Shown here piece after piece: positions 52,941-64,000 of a DNA stretch of 64,000 nucleotides. Origin of the DNA: Proteromonas lacertae (taxonomy: Eukaryota); the NCBI GenBank assembly GCA_002245135.1, contig NGBS01000901.1:1-64000 (forward strand), given 5' to 3'. The position numbers and the translations under genes were made by a program. The notes under the pieces are model-generated. The model saw only the letters and a program-made list of their open reading frames with translations, ran no database searches and was not told the DNA's origin. The stretch's first letter is position 1. The number at the start of each line of letters is the position of its first letter.

Positions 52941-55900
52941 CACTTAATAATTTGATAAATTCTTTGATTTCTATTTTTATATGTTTAAAGATATTCAAAT
53001 ATTTTAAATGATTCTTATGTAATAATAGGAAGATTTCTATATAATATTTATAAGATAATAACTGATTTGAATTAGGTCTATCATCTAGACAATCTAATAA
53101 TGGATTTAGTTTGTTTATTATTTCATTTTCTATTTCATTTATATTATCTTCCAACTCTTTTTCTTTTTCATTCATTTCGATCATTTTCTGAATAATCAAT
53201 CATTATGTCAGAAAATTTATCATTTATATTGAATTTCAGTTTTCTTTCTTTTATTAGATTATATAATATACATCCTTCAGATACACTTTCATATTTGTAA
53301 TTCTCACAATTATTATTGTTATTATTATTATCACTTTTACTTTTACTATCTTCATTTGATTTCGTTGATTTAAAGGTAATATTTTCTTTGGTTGTGTTAT
53401 TATTATTGGTTTTACTGTTGAGATTATCTTCTCTTTCTAATAAACTCAAATTCAATTCTTTATAATATGAATCATATTCTCTCATTTTAGATTTTATTGA
53501 TTCTTGAATTATTTTGATTTTGTTTGTTCCACCTACTAATACACATTCTAATTGTTTCAATGTTATTGGATTTAAGTCTGAATCTTTGATTGTATTATCT
53601 ATTAACTGATTTAACTGCTTTAAGAATCTAGAATCTTTCAAAATCTTATTGAATTCTTCTTTGGTTATTGATAAGTATTCTTTATTAATATCTAATATTC
53701 TTTTGATTTCAATAGTCATATCATATATTTCATCTTGGCTGAATGATTCTTTAATCTGTTTTACTTCATTTAATAAATCTTTACTTATCTTTATATCATT
53801 TATTACCTCTTTTTTTGATTTTATCTTATTTAATACTTCATGAACTAATAAATCATCTATTGTTGAACCATTTATTGAAGTGTCATAATGATGAGATAAT
53901 ATTTCTAGACCATTTATTGATTCTTCTTCATTTTCTTCATATACATTATCATCATCTACATCTTCATTATTTGTATATTTTACTATTGTGCAGTTACTAT
54001 AAGATGAACCTATATCAATTATTAAACTATAATGTTCTTTCACAAAATTTTCTATATTTCGATATCCATAATTTATCGATGTTGATAAATAAGAAGGAAT
54101 GATTTCTTTACATCTCAATCCAATCATATTACAATATTCCATTATTAATATTCTTTTACTTTCATCGAAATATGAAGGAACAGATATTATTATGTCTTTT
54201 TTTACTTCTTCTTCTTCTTCTTTCTCTTCTGATTCAAAATCATTATCATTTTTATTATTCTCATTCATATTGATTATTTCTTTTATTTTACTTAATAACA
54301 TTATATATAATTCATCTATTAAGAATATCTGTTTTCTATATTCATATTCTACTAGATATGCTATTCTATTGTTTTTTTCTTTTAATCTTATCGGTTTTAA
54401 TCCAATTTTCTTTTCAAGATCTTTTTCAATATCATCATATATCCTACCAAAATATTGAGCAAAATTTGTAATGGCATTATTATAATCGTCATTTTCCACC
54501 AAATCATCAACAACATTTCCAACATATCGATAATTGCCTTTGAACAAAATTCCACATCTATATTTCAGTAGAATATTAAAAATAGATTAATATTATTATA
54601 CGTTGTTTGTTCTTTGTGAGAATCATTTAGTAATGGATATATTATTTCATTTATTCTATTTGTATCATAATAACATATTCGAATTGATTGATTTCCTATA
54701 TCCACTCCATAACAATCACATATTTTATAATTATGTTCAATCTTTAATGAATACATTTTTATCTTATTATCTATTTCCTTTCTTCTGCATTCTTTTAATT
54801 CTTTTTCTATTTCTATAATTTTTTCTTCTTTACCTTCATTCTTTCTCATCAATTCATTTATATTCTTCTTATCTATTTTTCTTTTCTTTTCTAATTCTAG
54901 TATTATTCTGTTATTCATTTCTATTTTCTTCTTATTTTCCTCATCTTTTTTATTAAATATTTCCAACTCTTTTTCTAAATCTTTAATACTTTTTTCATTT
55001 TCTATATTTATATTTTGTAATTTATTTACCTCCTTTGCTTTTTTATTTTTTAATTCTTTTATCTTTTTCTTCAACTCATTTATAATACTGTTCATTTCTA
55101 CATTTTCTTCTTTTGCTGCAACTAATTCATTTGTTGTTTCTTTTATTTTCTTTTCATTATTTATATCTTTATCCTTCAATTCCTTAACCTCATTTTCTAA
55201 ATCATTAATTTCTTTTAATCGTTTCATATAGTATTTTATTTTGTTGTTGTTTCTTTTATTTTCTTCTTCAGCTTTTTTTAATTCCTCTGCCATTCTTTTA
55301 TTTTTCTTATCTTCAATTTCTTTTTTTCTTTTTAATTCATCAATCTCTTTTTTCTTCTTTTCTTCTATCTGTTTTATCTTTTCATTCAATTCAGATATTA
55401 TCTTCTTACTATCTTCTTTTATTTCTTTTTCTTTTATCTGTAATTTCAACTGTTCAATTTCATTTTTGAGTTTTTTAATATCATTTTCTCTTTCTGGATT
55501 ATTTAACATTCTATTTAGTTCAGTTATTCTGTTTTGAAATTCACTTAATTTTGATTTTAGTTCTTCTACAGATTTATCATCATCTCTATATTTTATTCTT
55601 CTTTGTATAATCATATACTTACCCAAATACTCTTCCATTTGCTTAATAATTATATCAATTTCTTTATTCTTTTCTTTTCTGTTAATCTTATTTAAACTAA
55701 TATTATCTAATTTACCCTTACCATAAGATAAAAAAAACTGACGAAATGATATTTCTTTATCTAATGCTATTAGTCTTTCATTTTTTATTGGAGGTTTTAT
55801 AATCACACCTTTAATTGGTTTATTTGTGTAAAAATCAATAGAAATTGTACCTTCACTCTCATCATAAGTAGATGGAATAAAAAAATATCCTCCTCTTGAT

Positions 55901-58900
55901 ATATGTGCTACTTCAGATACTAGAGGAATATTAATCCAGTGATAAACTTCATTTAATCTAAATAATGGTGATATATATGCATTGTCTTTTAACAGCTGTT
56001 TTGGAGATTTATATATATCATCTTTAAATAAATCTACATTAACACATACTCTTTCTGAAGGATTAAATACAATTATTAATTCAGTATTGTCTTCTTCAAA
56101 TGTTACTGGAATTCTATAAAATGATTATTAATATTGATTAATACATAGGATTATCATAGAAATGACGCAAGTTACTACAACCAGCATTTGTTCCGTCACT
56201 TTTTGACCATTTTCCATCATAATGATAATGCAAATAACCTTCTCCTAATTCTGGACATCTTTCTACTTTTATATTACCTGGAGATTGTATTGTAAATGTG
56301 AAAGGTCCAAAAGTTGTTTCATTATATACTAATAATTCTGCTATATAATTACCAGGAGTTAATGTGCTTAGATAAAGTTTACATGAATTACAAAAATAAT
56401 CAGGATGATCAACTTCTAAACATTTATTTTGATAATCATAATATCTTCCATTACCTTTATATATATTTATCATTACACCATCATCACAAGTCGTATGAAG
56501 GTATAAATAAAGATGAGTAGTTCTTTTAACCTCAATAAGATATTGAGGAGAAACAGTATGATGATTTTGACCTTTATTATTTTCTTTTGTCCATTCATCG
56601 TTAATGTCCAAATTAAAGTAATCAGTTATTCTAGAAATTCTAAATGAAGAAGAACCTCGAAATACTAAATTCATTGAAGCTGATTTATGAATTCTATTAT
56701 ATTTTAATAACATAAAAAATACTCATTAAAAAATGGAACTAATGTGTATTTACCTTTCTTCAATGTTATGGTTGATACACTATTATTCTTTGCTTGTATA
56801 GCTTCTCCTCTGATTCCTTCTTCAATATTAAATATATGATTTCCATCATTTTCAAATATTTGAAAAAAGGTTATATTATTAACTTCTTCGCAAGTACACA
56901 CTAAATCACATAATTTTTCTAAAATCTCAATACACCATTGATCATTTGATGGTTTATCTATTCTATTAGTTTTAATGATATAAATTAATTATACCTAATA
57001 ATATTTTCAAATGTATTTTTAATTCTTTGTCCTTCTCTCATTATAGATGCCGAATCTTTTGTAAGATCTAGTCCTATCATATGATAGTGGCTTTGAAGAC
57101 CATATTGTGAATGAATAAGTTTTCATAATTTTCTCTTTTATGGTAAAAAAGAAGATTAAGAATATCAATAATATTTAATTATGTATATACAAAAAAGATA
57201 TCAATCCAACACTAAGGTATAATTCCCAGAATGTAGATTTTCACAAAATGAATAAATTGTATTATCAGTTTCTATTTTTTCATACTGATTTTCTGAAAAT
57301 ACAAGCTTTCCATTTGAATCAAATAACAACATCACATATGAAAAATCATCATTTGATTTAAGTAAAACTCTTGTTGTTTTATTAATTGTCAATTTATATT
57401 GAGGTAATTGAGTGTAACTTCCTTCCTTTCTGCATTCTCCACCATCTTTTACATCTCCTGCGATCTTATATTCTATAAACTCATCTTCACACTTTAATAA
57501 TGATAAATCAGTTACTATTGGAGATTCTAATCTTACATGAATTTTACAATTGTTGTTGTTGTTTATTAAATAAGGAACAAACATATATTCACCTTTTTCT
57601 ACTTCACATTCACAAGCATTCTCATTAATCTGAATAACCATTCTTTTAATTGTATTATTATTGTCATCGCAATAAATTCTATTACCTCCTTTAAATAAAA
57701 ATCCAGCTACTCTCTCATTTTCACATTTCAAATAAATAAATATTTCTGTTTTTTCTTTTACTGCAATTTTCAATTGAGGTAGCATATAAAACAACTCTCC
57801 CATCAAGTTATAATCAGTTATCCAATCTAAACTTACTTGTCTATTATACTGAAATCTTTCCATAGGCAATGGTTTATGAGATATTATCATATTCTTACAA
57901 AACACCTATTATATCAATATACATATACATTAATATTATACTCTTATAGTAATTGGTATTGGATATAAGTGATTTTCTTTTAAATAGGATACTATAACAA
58001 ATTTTGATTTCTTATCAATGCATATTCTTTCCCCCCACACTTTTGATGGATTGTAAATTCTTTTCTATATTCAATATAACAATTTGATACTTATACTGTT
58101 GAAGGGTCTTTCACAATTCTTTTACACTCTTCTCCTGTAATATCAACGAAGTTAATTAATTAAGATAATACTAAAGATATATTATGTTAAAGATATTTCA
58201 ATGAAAATATTTATTACTGAATCATTTTCATCTTTACTATGTCTTTCAAACTCAAAATATACTTCTCCATTATTACCTTCTTTTGGTGTAACTTCAAATG
58301 AATACTGATGTCTGAAATATACTTGGCTAGGCACGAATCTTGACAAAATATAATTGAAACTTTTATCATATGGATATATTTCTTTTTGATATGCAATAAC
58401 TCTAAATAAATTACATTGATTAAGATAAATAATACATTCCATCACAATTATGCAATAATTTTTCATTTAAAAGAAACCAAGCAGCATTTACATGACAAAA
58501 ACAATCAGCAGATTCTTCAGTATAACCAATGTACTATTCCATAATAATAATCATACTATAGAATTACTTTTTTATGTCTATCATCCCATATATTATTATT
58601 AATATACCAAGGTCCTTTTATACCATGAGCATTACCAACTAAAATCCACTTTTCACCTTTATATTCTCGATACTATAACAATACATAATAAACAAAATAA
58701 CATACAGCTAATATAGCGTATCTATGATTGTAACAATAAATACTTTCATCTAAATCTCCTTTTTCTTCTTTAACACTATCAAACGATGAAATAATTAATC
58801 CTTTACTATATAAATCATATAATTCTTTCCATATTTCATCTAAGTTTTCTACCAATTCAGTTGAAGTATAATACCTACTTGCGCAACCAGTAAAACAGGA

Positions 58901-60059
58901 TAATTCACAACTGAAATAATAACCTGTGTAGAATACTTTTAATATCGCTTTCTCTAATAAACTAACCCACAATTCAGTTTGAAGTAATGATTGACCAATA
59001 AGCACATTAGCATTATCTTTGCCTATAAATTGCAAATCATCAACTATAACACTTCTATAACTACCATTGACATATAATTTAATAACATATTTACCATAAG
59101 GATTGTAAATTGGCCAATCGTCTTTGTTTTGTGGATATATCATATTCTTCAAATAGGTTGTTCCATATAATGCCATATGATTAGCAATTGCCATTACTGG
59201 CGAAATATTTGCACAATCTCCCACAATCATTTGTTCTACAGATGGAGCTAAAAACCCATCTTTAACTACAACTTCTGGAACTACAGAATAAAACTCATGA
59301 GGTCTTCTCCAAACACCTTTATTTTCTTTTCTAATATCTTCAATTTTTCTATAATCAAAGTCATCATTGAAATATTCTTCGTCAGTATCAAATCTTGTAT
59401 TATAAAGCTCATATTCACTAAATATATTGACCTGTACATCACCGATTGTAGAAGAATCTTTCAGTATTTTTGTTTGCTCATTTTCTTCTTTTTGATGATA
59501 TATATATTTATCTTCTTTTGGATACGACTGTAAAAACTGTTTAACATTATATAAATAATTCTCTTTCTCTTTCTGATCTTCTTCTGATAAGCTGTTAGTA
59601 GAATTAAGCAGATCTTTTGCTAAATTTAACAATCTTCGAGCTTCCAAGTTTTTTCCAGCCGATTTTAATGTCTGCGCGTATTCTAAACAGAATTTACCTT
59701 TCAAATAGTCCATTGGAGTTGTGAATACCTTATTTGGATAATTTAAAAAGCGATACTATAATTATACAATCTCTTATACATTATTAAGCTGATTCTCTGA
59801 TTTACTATCAATTTCCTTGATCTTCTTCAGTATTTCAGATATACGGTTTATGTTCTTTTCATAACTATGAAAATAGATAAATAATACTTACTCAGGGTTT
59901 TGTGGATAAGCAGTCAAAACATAATAGCCATATAAAGCCTGAAAATACAAGCTTCTGGCATATAACCACATCTCCTTCTTCTCCTTCTTTTCACCCTATG
60001 AATATATTTTAAATACATAATACTTCTTTTATAAGTTTTTCTATGTCTTTTAAATTCAT
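52046..60059 (-). CDS. Calpain-7/PalB-like protease fused to coiled coil and Hsp70-like domain
   Basis: QMIVGDC (Cys), NHRYAI (His), VGNAH (Asn), PIYNPYGKYVIKLYVNG, repeated domain-III-like units (FYDNP, PQY). The frame is open from 56113 into the 54565-55806 ORF, then YGVDIGNQ, IISVPSYF, IIDIGSS, VLVGG. Frameshift near 53180. Confidence 0.7.
52774..54725. repeat. Direct repeat copy A (Hsp70-like region)
   Basis: Largely near-identical to 60988-62965, including an intron. Confidence 0.9.
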
Positions 60060-60199
60060 TATAACCAAAATTTACACTCAAACCACGAACCTACGTCAAG
60101 CCAAAATTTCAATTTTTACAGTTGAATTAGCCAATAAGGAATAATCACTGATTAAATAAGTAAAACTTAATAATTAAATTAGTTATATTATCAAGGATA

Positions 60200-61120
60200 T
60201 TAATTATTCAACTTTTTTGTTTGATTCTTCAAATTTTCAATCAAATAATCAACCTCTTTTTCTTTCTTTTCAATTTCTGATAATGGCTTGTTAATACTTT
60301 CATCATTATCTAATTCAGACAATATTAAGTTCAATTTAATGTTTATATCGTTTATAACTGTATTTGTATGATTTGTATCAACACATAGATATGTTGATGT
60401 ATTTAATAATAATATGAACATTATATATATATATATATATATATATACTTAGTAAATTCTATACACTCTTTTAAGTTAATTATCTTTTGTCTCTTTATAT
60501 CTTTAATCACCATACACTTTTCATTCAAATTTAAATAATTTAAATATTTCACTATTTTGTCAGTTTCTGTATTATTATTATCATCACTACTGTTATATTT
60601 TATATGAATAACTATTTTTGATAATATATCAACACAATAATTGATTATATTTTCATCATTTTCATTACACAAATCACAAAGAAAAGAGCAGATGATTGGA
60701 TAAGATTTTAATGATAGTTGATTCAAATAAGATAAATTTGTTGTTGGTGATTTGTTTTTGATTTTTTTACATATAAATGTCATTATATTCTTTGTTGGAC
60801 TTGATTTTATATGAGATAATATTTTATCACATTTTGATAAATAACTGATTTTCTATTAACATTAATAATAATAATAAATATTATACCATATTCTCTACTA
60901 TTGAATTATATTTAAAATCTATTCCATTTCTATTTCTCATTCTTCCACTTGTTGGACTTATTAAATCTCTTTCAGCTTTTTTACTTATTTTAATTTCTTC
61001 TAGTATAAATGAAAATGCAGATTGATAGAGTGAAGAAGATGGAATTTCGAAATTTTCATCCATCACATATTCCATTGATTCATCAACATAACTCTATTAT
61101 CATTACAATAACATTAATAT

Positions 61121-61154
<34 letters not shown>

Positions 61155-64000
61155 CACTTAATAATTTGATAAATTCTTTGATTTCTATTTTTATATGTTT
61201 AAAGATATTCAAATATTTTAAATGATTCTTATGTAATAATAGGAAGATTTCTATATAATATTTATAAGATAATAACTGATTTGAATTAGGTCTATCATCT
61301 AGACAATCTAATAATGGATTTAGTTTGTTTATTATTTCATTTTCTATTTCATTTATATTATCTTCCAACTCTTTTTCTTTTTCATTCATTTCGTCATTTT
61401 CTGAATAATCAATCATTATGTCAGAAAATTTATCATTTATATTGAATTTCAGTTTTCTTTCTTTTATTAGATTATATAATATACATCCTTCAGATACACT
61501 TTCATATTTGTAATTCTCACAATTATTATTGTTATTATTATTATCACTTTTACTTTTACTATCTTCATTTGATTTCGTTGATTTAAAGGTAATATTTTCT
61601 TTGGTTGTGTTATTATTATTGGTTTTACTGTTGAGATTATCTTCTCTTTCTAATAAACTCAAATTCAATTCTTTATAATATGAATCATATTCTCTCATTT
61701 TAGATTTTATTGATTCTTGAATTATTTTGATTTTGTTTGTTCCACCTACTAATACACATTCTAATTGTTTCAATGTTATTGGATTTAAGTCTGAATCTTT
61801 GATTGTATTATCTATTAACTGATTTAACTGCTTTAAGAATCTAGAATCTTTCAAAATCTTATTGAATTCTTCTTTGGTTATTGTTAATTTTAAGTCTTCA
61901 TTATCAAAATGTAAAAAATTGGGTATGCTAATTGCTACACTATTCACTTCTTCTTCACTTAATTTCTCTTTACCGATTTTTAATCCTGTGTATAATTTCT
62001 TACATTTTCTAATATCTTTTGTTATTAATTCTTTTGATTTTATCTTATTTAATACTTCATGAACTAATAAATCATCTATTGTTGAACCATTTATTGAAGT
62101 GTCATAATGATGAGATAATATTTCTAGACCATTTATTGATTCTTCTTCATTTTCTTCATATACATTATCATCATCTACATCTTCATTATTTGTATATTTT
62201 ACTATTGTGCAGTTACTATAAGATGAACCTATATCAATTATTAAACTATAATGTTCTTTCACAAAATTTTCTATATTTCGATATCCATAATTTATCGATG
62301 TTGATAAATAAGAAGGAATGATTTCTTTACATCTCAATCCAATCATATTACAATATTCCATTATTAATATTCTTTTACTTTCATCGAAATATGAAGGAAC
62401 AGATATTATTATGTCTTTTTTTACTTCTTCTTCTTCTTCTTTCTCTTCTGATTCAAAATCATTATCATTTTTATTATTCTCATTCATATTGATTATTTCT
62501 TTTATTTTACTTAATAACATTATATATAATTCATCTATTAAGAATATCTGTTTTCTATATTCATATTCTACTAGATATGCTATTTTGTTTAATGTTCTGT
62601 TTAATCTTATAGGTTTTAATCCAATTTTATGTTGAAGTTCGTTTTTCATTTCATCATCATATATTCTACCAAAATATTGAGTAAAATTTGTAATGGCATT
62701 ATTATAGTCTTTATTATGCTAATTAAAATAGAAATATTATTATTATACTATATCATCAACTACATTTCCTATACAACGATAATTGCCTTTGAATAAAATT
62801 CCACATCTATATTTCAATAGAATATTAAAAATTGATTGATATTATTATACGTTGTTTGTTCTTTTTGGTATTCATTCAATAATGGAGATATTGTCTCATT
62901 CATATTATCATAATAACATATTCGAATTGATTGATTTCCTATATCAACTCCATAACAATCACATATATTATCATCAATCACATCTTCTTCTTTATCTTCT
63001 TCTTCCTTCTTCTTCATTTGTTATTGTTGTTGGTGTGAATAAAGGAGGAGGAGAATCATTCACAAAATGATTATGTCGATTAGTTGGTTTTAGAGGAGTT
63101 TTATATTCATAATTATCATTAAATATTTGATTATCTTCATCATTATTCTCATTATTATAATGAGTGTTTTCTGTGTTATTGAAGTTATTATTATCTTCAA
63201 ATTCATCTTGAAAAGAATCATTATCATCATTATTATTCTCATTATTTCTTTTATTATTTTTGCTATGATGTTTATTGTTAGTGTTTGAGTTGTTGTTGTT
63301 ATTTACCATCTCTTTTAATGTATTAATCTCTTCTTCTATCTCTTTAATTCTCTTTTCATTATCATCGTTCTTACTTTTTAATTCATTTATTTCATTTTCC
63401 TTTTTATTATCTTTGTCATTTTCTGTTGAATAGGTTTGTATTTCAATATCATTCATTTTAGGCTTTTTCTCTTTTTCTTTTTCGTTTTTCTCTTCTAATA
63501 CTTTTATCTTATCATTCAGCTCATTTATATATTTGTCTTTTTTATTCATTTCTTCTAATGTTAAATTATTTTGGATTCCTACATCATTCATTTCTACTTT
63601 TCTTTCTTCTTGTTTTTCTTGATGTTGTTTCAATATTTCTATTTCATTTTTAATTTCTATTATCATTTTATCTTTTTCTAATATGATTTCTTTCATATTC
63701 TCATTTTCTTTAATCAACTTATCTATAATATCATCTTTTTCAGTATTTTCTTCTTTCTTTTCATCTTCATCATCTTCATTTATATTTTCTTTCACTTTTA
63801 ATTCTTCCATTTCATTTTCCAATTCTTTTATTCTTTCTTCTTTTCTTTCTAACTCATCTTTCATCTCATCTAATTCTTTACCACTTGATGAATTATTTTC
63901 TTCAGTTTCATTAATTATTAAATCATTATGATCTTCTAATATCGTTAATATTAATGAATCTATTTTACTTTCATTCATTATTAAAAATGATTCACTTTTA
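60200..64000 (-). CDS. Coiled-coil plus Hsp70-like protein (5' partial), paralogue of the 3' part of 52046-60059
   Basis: YGVDIGNQ, IISVPSYF, IIDIGSS, VLVGG; similar intron positions to the paralogue; frame break near 63000. Confidence 0.75.
60988..62965. repeat. Direct repeat copy B (Hsp70-like region)
   Basis: Largely near-identical to 52774-54725. Confidence 0.9.

Overview
Very AT-rich eukaryotic genomic DNA, gene-dense, with many tiny (~26-45 nt) GT-AG introns. This resembles Blastocystis-like stramenopiles (inference only). The most notable feature is bases 1-2837, the end of a Polinton/Maverick-like element. It has a minus-strand reading frame, absent from the ORF track because it runs off the window, that matches the N-terminal region of Polinton protein-primed DNA polymerase B (pPolB). 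A structured terminal region follows, ending ...CCC-TTAATATATATTATTAT. A 1.76-kb non-autonomous element (19847-21610) has ~320-bp terminal inverted repeats, the same 5'-ATAATAAT...GGG terminus and a 6-bp target-site duplication (ATTCAT). A 3084-bp inverted duplication of host DNA (2838-5921 / 8696-11779) starts at the base immediately after the Polinton-like terminus. Host genes include SNF1/AMPK, gamma-SNAP-like, Fe-ADH, NEK, a giant ankyrin/coiled-coil protein, kinase-LRR, GPR180/TMEM145-like, a GH35 lacking catalytic Glu residues, Wee1-like, CCCH-exonuclease-YbaK-like, RRP41, TPR-GT41, isoamylase, a calpain-Hsp70-like fusion and a paralogous Hsp70-like gene, plus several pseudogenes. Several 1-nt frameshifts could be assembly errors. 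All family calls come from motif recognition by eye; no searches were run.
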